Assembly: GCA_041739995.1 (NCBI GenBank)
Contig: JBGSMV010000047.1
Coordinates: 261,682 to 325,681 of the forward strand
Length of the DNA stretch: 64,000 bases
Source: Bdellovibrionota bacterium
GTDB taxonomy: Bacteria > Bdellovibrionota_C > UBA2361 > JBGSMV01
Direction: 5' to 3'
Of the stretch, positions 18,712 to 28,813 are shown piece by piece. A program made the translations under genes and the position numbers. The stretch's first letter is position 1, and each line of letters starts with the position of its first letter. The notes under the pieces are model-generated. The model had not been told where the DNA came from. It was given only the letters and a program-made list of their open reading frames with translations, and made no database searches.

Positions 18712-19974
18712 CTAATTAGCGTCGCGAAGTTCTGCGCGAGTTAGAAGCCACAAAATAATTGCTAAGCCCACCGAAGGTGCGAACGACGTAAGGCCGAAGG
18801 CTACTGGAAATTCTCTTAAAGCAATCACTTGCATTTGGGCTACCTGAGACATGAAGAAATAGAGCGCGAGCACAATAGTGAGGTGCCGCAGTTTAGCTTG
18901 TCCGGTGATGGGAGTGTGCATGAGTAGCGCAACCAGGGGCGCGAGCGCCCAGGTGAGATGATGGAACCATACTATCGGAGAAAGCAGAATAAACGACGAT
19001 ACGAGAAAGCCATACATGCGGGCCGTACGATGTTCGCCCCATGCTCGTGTCCCGACTTTCACCCGAAATCCCCAAAGCCATGCGGCGATACTGAGCAACC
19101 CAAGCGAAAGAAGTGTCTTAATAGCCATGCGCAAAGCGAGGGAGGAGTCGTCTGAGAGCATTGAAAGTAAGGCTCTATCGAGGGCCAAGTTGAAGGTAAA
19201 TTTTCTGAAAGTTTCCCCCTGCATCAGCTGAGTCGTGGAGGTAAAGAAGTCGCTGTAAAGGGTGCCGTACGAGGAAGTAAGCCCGCTAAAAATCAGAGCA
19301 ACGACTAAGGAGACTAGGGTTGCGCCGCACAGGGCCATTGCTTTCCACGAACGTGAGAAGAGCAGGCCGAGTCCCATCAGGGCGGGACTCATCTTCAAAG
19401 CACCGGCGAAGGCCAGCCAGGTTCCGCTTATTGCAGCTCTATTCAGCGCCGAGTGAAAAAACAGCAAGACAAGCAGCAAGACGATGATGTGCGCTTGACC
19501 ATCCATCACCCCGGTGTAAACCGGCTCAAAGCAACACATGAAAAACATCGAGATAAGAAATTGTTCAAGGCGAGACAGGTTCTTAAATAGAGAGACGGCT
19601 AAGAGGGAGGAGGTGACGACAGCGCAGCCGATAAGCAATGCGTAATTCAGCAAACACCACAGAAGCTTTGCGGTCTCGTACGGTAGGCTCGTAAGTGGCG
19701 TGATGGCCAGGGCGAGAAATGGGGGGTAGAGGTAGCGAAGTTCAAAAGTGCGTCCGTCTCGTGCCAGCACGTGGTAAGGCGGCTCGTATGGAGACTCTCC
19801 ATTTGCGATGCGCAAGGAGGCTTCGAAATAAATCCTAAAATCGAGCAGGTTGCCGCGAGCGGCGTCGAAGACAAACAAATAGAATGTGATCAGGAGCAGG
19901 CAGGCCGTTGCGATCCACTGCAGCGGACGATTTCTAACAATGTGCTCAAAGTTCAACTTCGTAGCCAATCTCAA
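18712..19974 (-). CDS. GT87/DUF2029 family membrane glycosyltransferase
   Basis: DFRIY...GESPY, YLYPPFLA, GQ, ALKMSP, SPIVWFHH. Confidence 0.8.
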   Translation of the reverse strand: MRLATKLNFEHIVRNRPLQWIATACLLLITFYLFVFDAARGNLLDFRIYFEASLRIANGESPYEPPYHVLARDGRTFELRYLYPPFLALAITPLTSLPYETAKLLWCLLNYALLIGCAVVTSSLLAVSLFKNLSRLEQFLISMFFMCCFEPVYTGVMDGQAHIIVLLLVLLFFHSALNRAAISGTWLAFAGALKMSPALMGLGLLFSRSWKAMALCGATLVSLVVALIFSGLTSSYGTLYSDFFTSTTQLMQGETFRKFTFNLALDRALLSMLSDDSSLALRMAIKTLLSLGLLSIAAWLWGFRVKVGTRAWGEHRTARMYGFLVSSFILLSPIVWFHHLTWALAPLVALLMHTPITGQAKLRHLTIVLALYFFMSQVAQMQVIALREFPVAFGLTSFAPSVGLAIILWLLTRAELRDAN

Positions 19975-21910
19975 TCACCTGATCAGCTTTAATTCTAAAG
20001 AAGCGCGGCGCCTTCTGTGCGTTCTGAGCAAGGAAGGCAAAAAGCTGCTCTCTCCAAATAGCCATGCCTGGTCGTGGTGTCGCAAGTAGGCTTTCCCTTC
20101 CGAAAAAGTAAGTCGCCTGTGCGACATCGATCTCAAGGCCGTGGGCTTTGCATAGGCTCAAGCATCTCGGAATGTCAGCTTGTTCCATATATCCATAGTG
20201 TACTTTCACACGATATATCTCTTTTCCAAGAGATTCGACTTCCACTCGGCGAATTGGAGAAACATAAGCGACCTCCTCGGTGATAACCAGCGCGATGACT
20301 ACCAGCTCATGTACCACTTTGTTATGCCGGAGATTGTAAAGTAACGCCGGTGGCGTGAACTCGGACTGAGCACTCATATAGACAGCAACTCCAGGAACTC
20401 GAAGTGGGGTTAGTTCTGGAATCTCCTGAATAAAAACGTCGAAGGGTGGAAGTTTTTCTCTGAGGCGCGAGCCCAGGATTTGTCTGCCGCGTCGCCACGT
20501 GGTCATGAGCACGAATACGAACGTACCGACTCCAAGCGGCACCCATGCCCCTAAGAGCAACTTAAAGCTAGAAGCTCCTAGGAAAGCGAGGTCCATACAA
20601 ACAAAAACTAAGGTGAGTAGTAGAGACACGCTTTTTGACCAGTGCCAGGCGCTCTGTGTGACTACAAACGTAAGGACAGTCGTGGTGAGCATCGTGAGAG
20701 CAATCGCCACTCCGAACGCCCCTGCAAGTGCGCCGGAAGAACCGAATTCGAAAATGAGCCATATGCTGCAAATCAGTAGTGCCCAGTTAATTCGGGCGAC
20801 ATAGATTTGCCCAATCTCATCTCGCGATGTGTGGGTGATCTGCATACGAGGAAACAGGCCAAGCTTTATAGCCTGACTCGTAAGCGAAAAAGCTCCCCAA
20901 ATGAGAGACTGCGCAGTGATGATAGCGACGGCAGTTGCGAGGATGATCATGGGAATGAGTGCCCCGGGAGGGCATAGGTGAAAGAATGGGTTCGCTACGG
21001 CGTCGGGGTTAGTGAGAAGCAGAGCGCCTTGCCCAAAGTAGTTAAGAAGCAAACCTGGCAGGACGACAACGAGCCAGGCTATGCGAATTGGAGCGGGGCC
21101 AAAGTTGCCCATCTTTGCATAGAGCGCCTCGCTTCCTGCAACGACAAGAAATACCGCGCCGAGAGCGAAGAACCCAAGTTTTCCATTTTCCTGAAAGAAA
21201 CGGATGGCGTGACTTGGGTGAGTGGCGCCGAGTATTTCCGGATGCACCGAAATTGCTTGGGCTCCCAAGATGCCAATGGCGCAAAACCAAAGCAGTAAAA
21301 TGGGGCCGAATAAGTACCCAAAGCGTCCGGTTCCTCGGCGTTGAACCACAAAGAGTATCGCCAGGATGGAGGCCGCCAGTGGAACAATGTAAGCGGTCTG
21401 ATTCGGAGCGGCCACGGCAATGCCTTCGAGGGCAGCGAGCACCGAGATGGCAGGAACAATAATACTATCACCGAACAGAAGCCCGGCACCGACGACTCCC
21501 AGCAAAACTAAAAAACGACGAGATCCCGTGTGGATGAGGGAGTGGTGTGGCTGAGCGAGCGCCATCAAGGAGAGTATCCCGCCTTCGCCGTGATTGTGGG
21601 CGCGCGTCACATACAGAAGATATTTGCCTGACACCACTAGGATGAGAGACCAAAAGATCAGGCTCAAAATCCCGTAAACGTTCGCCTGGTTCAGAGCAAC
21701 GCCAAAGGGCCCAGAAAAGCATTCACGTAGCGCATAGAGAGGACTGGTGCCAAGGCTGCCGAAGACAATACCCAGAGCGACAAGTGTAAGGGCTGCGGTG
21801 AGCTCACGAGACCGGGCGGGTGCTACAAATGTTGAAGTCTGCGTGCGAGCATGCTCAGGTTCGTGTGAATGCTGAGAATCCGGCGGTTGATGATGGGGCG
21901 TATTAGACAT
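19946..21910 (-). CDS. kup: KUP/HAK/KT family transporter with altered ion-binding residues
   Basis: GTSPLY, GEGG, PAISVL, EALYA, NYFGQGA, GQIY, cytoplasmic HNKVVHE and YFFGRE. Confidence 0.9.
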   Translation of the reverse strand: MSNTPHHQPPDSQHSHEPEHARTQTSTFVAPARSRELTAALTLVALGIVFGSLGTSPLYALRECFSGPFGVALNQANVYGILSLIFWSLILVVSGKYLLYVTRAHNHGEGGILSLMALAQPHHSLIHTGSRRFLVLLGVVGAGLLFGDSIIVPAISVLAALEGIAVAAPNQTAYIVPLAASILAILFVVQRRGTGRFGYLFGPILLLWFCAIGILGAQAISVHPEILGATHPSHAIRFFQENGKLGFFALGAVFLVVAGSEALYAKMGNFGPAPIRIAWLVVVLPGLLLNYFGQGALLLTNPDAVANPFFHLCPPGALIPMIILATAVAIITAQSLIWGAFSLTSQAIKLGLFPRMQITHTSRDEIGQIYVARINWALLICSIWLIFEFGSSGALAGAFGVAIALTMLTTTVLTFVVTQSAWHWSKSVSLLLTLVFVCMDLAFLGASSFKLLLGAWVPLGVGTFVFVLMTTWRRGRQILGSRLREKLPPFDVFIQEIPELTPLRVPGVAVYMSAQSEFTPPALLYNLRHNKVVHELVVIALVITEEVAYVSPIRRVEVESLGKEIYRVKVHYGYMEQADIPRCLSLCKAHGLEIDVAQATYFFGRESLLATPRPGMAIWREQLFAFLAQNAQKAPRFFRIKADQVIEIGYEVEL

Positions 21911-21933
21911 TTAACTCTTTGAGGATGCGAAGC

Positions 21934-23076
21934 CTATTTAGCTTTTGGTTTCTTAATGCGACTTTTAGATTTCGGACGCTCGTTCGTAGTGCGCGCCTCA
22001 CGATTAATGCTTAGCTCCTTAAGGTTGTCGCGTTGAGTATACACTCTCAATGGCGCCATGGAACGCGGAACTAGTCCCCTCTTGATGAGCCATCGAAGAA
22101 TTCTCTCAGCCGCAATTCTATGGGCGATTTCATTCGGGTGGCTATCTTTTCCTGGAATCAGCTGAAGTCTCGAGAAAGGAATGCCCTTGAAGCTTGAAAG
22201 TAAATCTAAGAAAGCGACATTTCGGCTTCGTAACTGCTCAGAAAGGTCATCGTGGATCTCTTGAAAGGGGTAGGAGTCATCAAGCGGAAAATCAAACAGA
22301 GGAAATAGGACGACCACGAGCTTAGTACGGGGAGCGTTTTTGTTTGTGATCGAGATTATCTTCTCTAACGATGAGAGGAAGCGCGACCGTGCTTCACCTG
22401 TAGCAAATAGCTGACGGTGGTAGTCGATATAATTTCTAACAGTGGAAGAATTGTGGAGGCGGCTCAGCACCAAACGTACGAGAGCAGAGTTTCGCGAGAA
22501 CCAATTGGCATTGAGATCTAACGGGAGTCTTCCGTATTTGCGCTGAACTTCCGGGGGTTCGAGATTGAGCGGTCGAAGTTGAGGATCATTTAGGGTGATT
22601 TGAAGCACCAGAAGGTCGGGCCTAGTGGCGAGGGCTCTCTGCGTGACGGCAATTTCTTGCTGAGTATTGAGGCCCGGTGCCCCCCAATTCATCACTTCAG
22701 CGCGGGTAAATTGTCCCGGTAGCGATCCGTCGTCCGTGCTAGGATTGAGCGAGCTAAAATTAAGATTGAGGAAGCGCTCAAGTCGCTTGCTGAAAGAATC
22801 ATCAAATTGCATCTTCGGAGCGAACGAGAAGGAATCTCCCACCACTGCGATACGGAAGGTCGAAGTGGCCTTTTCAGCTGGGTAGACGAAATCTTGGGTG
22901 TTTGTTCCTGGAGTCGGTAGATAATAGCGTAGGGGGCGTTCTTTTTTTTGAGAGCGTTGCTGAGCCCGCTCTTCAAAATTGCTCGATGTGGCCCAACGAG
23001 CAGCAATCTCGCCTAAGGCGAGGGCAATCGTGAGCCCCACGAAAGCAAGCAGTATGGATTGAAAATGACGAACCAC
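21934..23076 (-). CDS. SGNH/GDSL hydrolase family membrane-anchored protein (start uncertain)
   Basis: N-terminal TM ending EIAAR, VGDSF, NWGAPG, LND, DSHPN; GTG 23076 chosen to avoid overlap with phoA. Confidence 0.8.
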   Translation of the reverse strand: MVRHFQSILLAFVGLTIALALGEIAARWATSSNFEERAQQRSQKKERPLRYYLPTPGTNTQDFVYPAEKATSTFRIAVVGDSFSFAPKMQFDDSFSKRLERFLNLNFSSLNPSTDDGSLPGQFTRAEVMNWGAPGLNTQQEIAVTQRALATRPDLLVLQITLNDPQLRPLNLEPPEVQRKYGRLPLDLNANWFSRNSALVRLVLSRLHNSSTVRNYIDYHRQLFATGEARSRFLSSLEKIISITNKNAPRTKLVVVLFPLFDFPLDDSYPFQEIHDDLSEQLRSRNVAFLDLLSSFKGIPFSRLQLIPGKDSHPNEIAHRIAAERILRWLIKRGLVPRSMAPLRVYTQRDNLKELSINREARTTNERPKSKSRIKKPKAK

Positions 23077-23199
23077 AGGAGCCGCAGTAAACCATCCCTT
23101 GCGTGTCAACTGGAAGCCCCTATGGCCAGCAGAAAGATGAAAAAGTTCTCTCGGGGACAATCGAAGGCTGAATGTGTGGTGTTGGAGCCTAAGGTCTTC

Positions 23200-24789
23200 A
23201 TGTATCACGGGTGGACTGTGAACTTTAGGCAGACTTTCGCAGCCCTTCTACTTAGCCTGGTTTTGTTTCAGGCCTCACCAGGCTGGACAGAGCCTCCACG
23301 TAACGTAATCCTCATGATTGGAGATGGAATGGGCCCCCAGCAAGTCGGACTCATCACGCTCTATGCGCACATGCTCCGAGAGCGTGGGGATCCGGTTGCG
23401 CATGCGGGTGCCTTGGAGGCCTTGCTTGACCGAGGGACTATGGGGGTGATGCAGCCGAAGCCGCATGGTGCGCTGGTGACAGATTCGGCTTGCGCTTCTA
23501 CCCAGATAGCCGCTGGCGTTGATTCGCTGCCAAACATGCTTGGGCTTGATGCTGAGGGGCAACCCATAGTGACTGTGATTGATGGGGCTAGAGCGCTCGG
23601 CAAGTCCCAAGGACTGGTATCCGATACCCGAATTACCCATGCGACCCCAGCCGGTTTCTTCGCCAAGGCACTTCAACGAGACGACGAGAACGCGATTGCG
23701 GAACAAGCCGTTTCATCTGGTGTAGATGTGATGTTTTCTGGAGGGCTTCGCCACTTTATTCCAAAAAACGCTTCATCTGATTCTCTGAAGCAGTATGGAT
23801 TGACTGACTCACAAGTACGGACGGTTAGGTCGACTCGTGAGGATGACAAGGATCTTTTGCGTGAGGCGCGTGCGCGTGGATATGAGGTGCTACTGAGCCC
23901 TGAACATCTGATCGAAACTTCTGGCGCTAAAGTTCTTGGTTTGTTTGCAAATTCAGCGATGGAGAGTGCCCTTAGCGGAAAGCAGAGAGCTAAAGGCTTT
24001 CAAGCGACAGAGCCGAATCTTCGCCAAATGTCGGTGCGAGCACTGGAGCTTCTCGATCAAAATCCTAAAGGTTTTTTTCTTATGATCGAGGGAGGGCAGA
24101 TCGATTGGGCAGGGCACGCCAATGATGCAGGTTGGTTATTGCAAGAAATGCTGCGTTTCTCTGAAGCACTCGACGGGGTATTGAAGTGGATGGAGGGACG
24201 AACGGATACGCTTCTTATAGTGACCGCAGATCACGAAACTGGATCGTTCGGATTCTCTTTTCATGCTGAGGGTATACCTACGCCTAGGGCAGTATCAAAA
24301 AAGTCCAAGCTACTTTTTGCGCCGACATTTAATTTTGTGCCGGAATCTGTTCTGGACAATCTTGCCAAGCAGGATCGACGCCTTGAAGATATTTCCTGGG
24401 AAGCAAGCAGGAAAGACGGAGTAGATCTGGACAAGAAGCAAGCGCTTCAGGCTTTAGTGAAGAAACATTTGGGGTTTGAGATCTCGCTCGATGAGGCAGG
24501 CAAGGCGCTCTTAACAGAAGATAATCAATTCTACGTTCCCGGACACGGGAACCTAGGCGAGAAAGTAGTGCCTATGATCTCGGATTTTGATGCTTTCTAT
24601 GCCCGACCGAGAGACAGAAGAAGTGCGGCGCTTGCTCGCTCGCTTGCGACCAAGTCGGGAGTAACTTGGGGCACGGGGGCTCACACCAGTACGCCGGTCT
24701 ATGTGATAGCGCTTGGTCCGAGTGAAGAGAAGTTTAAGGGCGCGCACACGGCGCCAGAGCTGGGACGACTTCTTAAGGGCTTATTCTGA
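23200..24789 (+). CDS. phoA: Alkaline phosphatase (PhoA family)
   Basis: IGDGMG, TDSA, THATPA, EGGQIDWAGHAND, TADHETG, HTS; signal peptide after ATG 23200. Confidence 0.9.
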   Translation: MYHGWTVNFRQTFAALLLSLVLFQASPGWTEPPRNVILMIGDGMGPQQVGLITLYAHMLRERGDPVAHAGALEALLDRGTMGVMQPKPHGALVTDSACASTQIAAGVDSLPNMLGLDAEGQPIVTVIDGARALGKSQGLVSDTRITHATPAGFFAKALQRDDENAIAEQAVSSGVDVMFSGGLRHFIPKNASSDSLKQYGLTDSQVRTVRSTREDDKDLLREARARGYEVLLSPEHLIETSGAKVLGLFANSAMESALSGKQRAKGFQATEPNLRQMSVRALELLDQNPKGFFLMIEGGQIDWAGHANDAGWLLQEMLRFSEALDGVLKWMEGRTDTLLIVTADHETGSFGFSFHAEGIPTPRAVSKKSKLLFAPTFNFVPESVLDNLAKQDRRLEDISWEASRKDGVDLDKKQALQALVKKHLGFEISLDEAGKALLTEDNQFYVPGHGNLGEKVVPMISDFDAFYARPRDRRSAALARSLATKSGVTWGTGAHTSTPVYVIALGPSEEKFKGAHTAPELGRLLKGLF

Positions 24790-24795
24790 TAACGG

Positions 24796-25113
24796 CTAGC
24801 GTGTGCGGCGCGACTTGCGCGACCGCACCGCGCGTTTTTTTTGCGGCTTTGCAAATGCAGTAAGCGGATAGCCCTTAGGATGATCAAGTGAATCGATGTG
24901 CAGATCTACGTCCAGAGCGGGCCAACGAAGATGCCCGTCCTGAGGTGACTCAACATCAAGTACATCCTCCACGTCCGCTTCTTTGAACCAAGGAAATCGT
25001 TTATGATCAAGAAAATACTCCGCATTGCGAACGAGAACCCAAACACCGAACGACGAGATATTGGCAAACTCACACTCCGAAGAAATCTTTCCAAGCTTTT
25101 CGGAACTTCCCAC
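24796..25113 (-). CDS. DUF2442 domain protein (putative antitoxin of a DUF4160-DUF2442 pair)
   Basis: NISSFGVWV...EYFL...FPWF...LRWPALDVDLHIDSL. Confidence 0.75.
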   Translation of the reverse strand: MGSSEKLGKISSECEFANISSFGVWVLVRNAEYFLDHKRFPWFKEADVEDVLDVESPQDGHLRWPALDVDLHIDSLDHPKGYPLTAFAKPQKKRAVRSRKSRRTR

Positions 25114-25299
25114 GCTGGCGCTCCACTATTGTCTGTATTCGTCTTAACCCAGGCCCTCTGAATTCGCCAAAGCTGCCACAGGTTCGAGCCAGAATTTCGC
25201 CTCTCCGTTTAATGATAGCACATGAATGTGCGGTCGGCTTTCCTCTCTTGAGAACAAGAAAAAACGGCAGGGACCTTCATCGTATGCCGTTGGATTCAC
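25070..25299 (-). pseudogene. Frameshifted DUF4160 family gene
   Basis: GTG 25299 gives VNPTAYDEGPCRFFLFSREESRPHIHVLSLNGEAKFWLEP...GLG, stop at 25144; the tail LRRIQTIVERQRGKFRKAWKDFFGV* continues in another frame to 25070. Confidence 0.75.
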
Positions 25300-25469
25300 A
25301 AGAGCGACGTCTCATTGCCGCCGAAGTTCGTCGAACCTCATAATGGCTTGGCTGGCCGGGAAAGCCGGCCTCTGCAGCTTGCTGCGCGTTGGTATCCCCG
25401 GACGACAAAAATTACACAGTCTCAATTGCTCACATCAGCTAATGAACCTGGCCGATCTCGCAAAGTTTT

Positions 25470-26129
25470 TCAAACCGAGAGGGAATTACCAAATCGTGCC
25501 CGGTAATCCTCAACGCTGGCGGAAATTACCGAGCGAGCCTCGTCAGCACCGTAGGTGGCGGTAAGTTCTACCTTCCGCTTGGAATCGCCTGGCATTTGCT
25601 TATATGAAAGAAAGTAATGCTGTAGTCGCTCAAGAAGATTTGGAGACATCGAGGTAACGTCAGTCCACGAGCCGTACACGGCATCTTGATGCAACACCGC
25701 AATGATTTTGTCGTCTGCTTCGTCTCGGTCGAGAATTCTTAAGCCCCCAATCGGAACTACGGTGACCAGTACCGGAGCATGCTGGATCGGTCTCTCAGAA
25801 AACACGCAAATATCAAGAGGGTCTTGGTCGCCGCGTATCCCTTTGCGATTTGTTTGAGTTTCACAAAGAGCCGCGACCCGGGAATCGCTCAATGTTTGGG
25901 GAAGAAAGCCGTAGAGGGTAGGGCACTGACTTGAAAGCTTGTTGGGTCGGTCGACTCGCAGTAGCCCGCTCTCCTTGTCGATCTCATACTTCATTACGTC
26001 AGTGGGAACGATTTCGATAAACGCGGTTACGAGATGGGGTGCATCCGGACCCACAGAAACTCCGTGCCATGGGTGGGCAGTGGCGAGACGGGCTACGTCT
26101 TCTGATGGTGATCCTGTGGGGGATTTCAT
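25470..26129 (-). CDS. ppa: Family I inorganic pyrophosphatase
   Basis: HPWHG, KYEIDKESG, RVDR, YGFLPQT, GDQDPLD, DEADDK, HYFLSYK. Confidence 0.93.
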   Translation of the reverse strand: MKSPTGSPSEDVARLATAHPWHGVSVGPDAPHLVTAFIEIVPTDVMKYEIDKESGLLRVDRPNKLSSQCPTLYGFLPQTLSDSRVAALCETQTNRKGIRGDQDPLDICVFSERPIQHAPVLVTVVPIGGLRILDRDEADDKIIAVLHQDAVYGSWTDVTSMSPNLLERLQHYFLSYKQMPGDSKRKVELTATYGADEARSVISASVEDYRARFGNSLSV

Positions 26130-26187
26130 GTGCAACTCCTTCCTGTCAAATTCTACTAAGGGTCATTTCTCTGATTTCGTAGTGCGC

Positions 26188-26877
26188 TCACTGGTGACGC
26201 GCATCAGCGGGGCCGATGACAATACTAAGAGAGGCTTGGTTGCTCAACTTAGCCTCTAACTTGTCACCGGACTCTACGGGTCCCACGCCTTTAGGGGTCC
26301 CGGTAAAAATACAATCGCCACGCCTAAGACCAAAGACTCGGCTGAGATAGCTTATCAAAGCCGGAACGCTGTGTTCCATCTCTTTTGCCAATCCATGTTG
26401 CTTTTGGGTTCCGTTGATAGAGAGAGAAATTTCGAGCGATTCCATGTCTGGGCATTCCGCAAAAGGTACGTATGGAGAGATAGGTGCTGAGCCCAAAAAA
26501 CCCTTTGCTAATGCCCAGGGGGTTCCGGCTTTCTTGGCCTGCTCTTGGATATCGCGCAGTGTGAAATCAATGCCCACTGCGAATCCAAGGATATGATCTG
26601 ATGCCTGCGCTTCAGAGATGCGAACAGCATCTTTAGAAATAAGTACGACTAGTTCCACTTCATAGTGAACAAGGGAGGAAAAAGTTGGAAGAAATACAGT
26701 CTCGCCGCTTGGCACCAAGGCGCTTGAAGGCTTTAAGAACACCAGCGGATCGGTAGTAATAGAAGCTCCCATCTCTCTCGCATGTTCGCTATAGTTGCGC
26801 CCGATACAGTAGAGGTTGCCTATCGGAAAGGATTCTCCGTTGATACTGAGTAGCTGAGGTGGGTAGAGATTCTGCAT
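26188..26877 (-). CDS. Fumarylacetoacetate hydrolase family protein (YcgM/FAHD1-like)
   Basis: CIGRNYSEH, FLKP, HYEVEL, DFTLRD, PWALAKGF, FTGTPKGVG. Confidence 0.92.
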   Translation of the reverse strand: MQNLYPPQLLSINGESFPIGNLYCIGRNYSEHAREMGASITTDPLVFLKPSSALVPSGETVFLPTFSSLVHYEVELVVLISKDAVRISEAQASDHILGFAVGIDFTLRDIQEQAKKAGTPWALAKGFLGSAPISPYVPFAECPDMESLEISLSINGTQKQHGLAKEMEHSVPALISYLSRVFGLRRGDCIFTGTPKGVGPVESGDKLEAKLSNQASLSIVIGPADARHQ

Positions 26878-27098
26878 AGAGAAACTTCGACTTGAGAGTG
26901 TGTCACTTTGGGGAGAAGTGGCGACTTGCCCCAGGGTCGCAGCGCCATGGTTTGATGAGCGCTGTGATTCCCAGCGAATTTTTACTACCTGGAGTCAGTG
27001 CTTGCCAATAGGTCCACGGCGATGCAGCCTGAGGTCCTCAGGGAGCATCGCATTTGGCTGCGCCCCACCTGGAAAGCCCTGTTCATGAGAATTCCGAA

Positions 27099-27956
27099 AT
27101 GAAAATCGTCCTTGTTTCCATAAATATAGTGCTGTTCGCCAGTGTGGTGTTTCTGCTTGTCGAGCGCGCGCGGATGCAGGGCGAAGTCTTGCGATTTGAG
27201 AATGAAGTAAGAACGCTCTCTGAATTAAATACTAGCTTAAGCGGTGGATTAAAGGATTTGCAGGAAGAAGTACTCCAGCTCAAAGAATCTAGTCCGTCCC
27301 CCGTGAAGTCGGCCTCTGAGGTGCCAGAGAGCGGGGCTCCGCAAAACCCTAAGTATTCTACGTTTGGCACCAGATCAACCGAGCCTGGGCGAGACTTTGA
27401 GCGGGTTGCGAGTTGGCGCGCCAAAGAGTTTGTCACTCACGTCTCAGACCGCATCGCGCTAAGTGCTGCAGAGCAAGAAGCGCTTGCCTCAAAATTCCAA
27501 GAGATCGCCAAGGGGGTCACCTCGCCGACTGAGCAGGAGCGCACGAAAGTAATCGAAGAAGTTCTCGGCACTGAAACCTTTGGGCGTTATGAGGAAGCAG
27601 AGCGTGAGCGGCGTGCTCAAGAGAAGGCGAAGGCGATTGACGAGGAGACCGTAGTGCTTGCGCGGAAACTTTCTCTTTCGCCTCAGCAGGAAGCGTCGTT
27701 GCGTACTACGCTCGAAGCGGTGGAGGTGGCGCTTCAACCAAAGCGAGAAAGCATGCGTGTCGTGATGCGTGAAGCCATGGCAAATCACTTTGGTGGCGAG
27801 GAGGCCAAAGGTGAGTTGAAAGCGCAGTATGATACGATTCAAATCTTGAGTGAGGAGCTTAAAGCGGAGAAGGACCGGCTGGTGTTTGAAGCACTTGACC
27901 CTGTTCTTTCAGATCAACAAAAGAATGCACTGCTTGAGTCTCAGGTGGGGCGATGA
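27099..27956 (+). CDS. Hypothetical membrane-anchored coiled-coil protein
   Basis: N-terminal TM after ATG 27099, then helical segments (LSAAEQ, LSLSPQQE, LSDQQK). Confidence 0.65.
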   Translation: MKIVLVSINIVLFASVVFLLVERARMQGEVLRFENEVRTLSELNTSLSGGLKDLQEEVLQLKESSPSPVKSASEVPESGAPQNPKYSTFGTRSTEPGRDFERVASWRAKEFVTHVSDRIALSAAEQEALASKFQEIAKGVTSPTEQERTKVIEEVLGTETFGRYEEAERERRAQEKAKAIDEETVVLARKLSLSPQQEASLRTTLEAVEVALQPKRESMRVVMREAMANHFGGEEAKGELKAQYDTIQILSEELKAEKDRLVFEALDPVLSDQQKNALLESQVGR

Positions 27957-27990
27957 TCAACTAATTAAGCATTTGCTTGATTAGGACGGC

Positions 27991-28803
27991 CTAAAGCGAA
28001 TCGAGCACGGTGCGATCGATTCCGGAGGGGTCGAACGCCGCAACAGCAACCCCTCCTAGGGCGAGGATAGAGTCGCGCACCGAGTTGGCAACAGCCGATG
28101 CGACATTGGGGTCTTCAATCCTTTTTTGCTCGCGGTTTGAAATGGCTCCAAGGTTATCAAAAGCTTGCGACGACACGTTCTTGAGCGAGTTCCGATCGCT
28201 TCGATTTTGCTTGAGTGCGACACTGACTTCTTCGCGCTCTTGTGAAATGCGGGCTCGTGCTGCGGCAATGTCTTTAGGTGACGAAAGGTCGACGCTTTGT
28301 GCTTTCTCGATCGGTTCCGCTGAACTACGTGCCACGCCCACTGTTTTATTTCCCACTTGTATCAGCAGTGGTCCACGCGAGATGCCATCTTGAGCGGCAG
28401 ATTTACTTTGTTGCGAAAGCTCGTCTTGTTCCGATTGGAGCTGTTTGAATTTCTCTTCTAGCTCGGCGCGCTTTTCTGGGTCTTGCACCTTCTCAAGGCG
28501 CTTCAGCACCTTGTCTTGCTGAGACAGGTTCTTGCGTGCTGCCTGAAGCCTGTCTTGCGCACTATTCAAGGTTTCGGCTGCAGAGTTCACTTGGCTGCGG
28601 GTGCGCTCTTCCACCTTCAACAGGGCGCTTCGGGAGAGCGTTAAGCTGTCGGTAGAGGGGCTCTGCGGCGCGGAGACTTCGCGCCTATCTCGGGCAGCGG
28701 CTAGGGCCTTGTCCTCTCGAGCGATCTCGTCGCGACCTCTCAGTTGACCACTGGTGGACAAGAAGCCTGCGGCGCTCGGTTTAATTGAACTCGTATCAAC
28801 CAT
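27991..28803 (-). CDS. Highly divergent flagellin-like protein
   Basis: Helical protein with LLIQVG, VDLSS, RIEDPNVA...ILALGG and terminal VLDSL echoing the flagellin D1/D0 C-terminus. Confidence 0.5.
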   Translation of the reverse strand: MVDTSSIKPSAAGFLSTSGQLRGRDEIAREDKALAAARDRREVSAPQSPSTDSLTLSRSALLKVEERTRSQVNSAAETLNSAQDRLQAARKNLSQQDKVLKRLEKVQDPEKRAELEEKFKQLQSEQDELSQQSKSAAQDGISRGPLLIQVGNKTVGVARSSAEPIEKAQSVDLSSPKDIAAARARISQEREEVSVALKQNRSDRNSLKNVSSQAFDNLGAISNREQKRIEDPNVASAVANSVRDSILALGGVAVAAFDPSGIDRTVLDSL

Positions 28804-28813
28804 TGCAGAGTTG

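Noticed and set aside
23059..23208. Head-to-head overlap of SGNH and phoA ORFs
   Set aside because: Artefact of longest-ORF calling; starts at 23076 and 23200 remove it.
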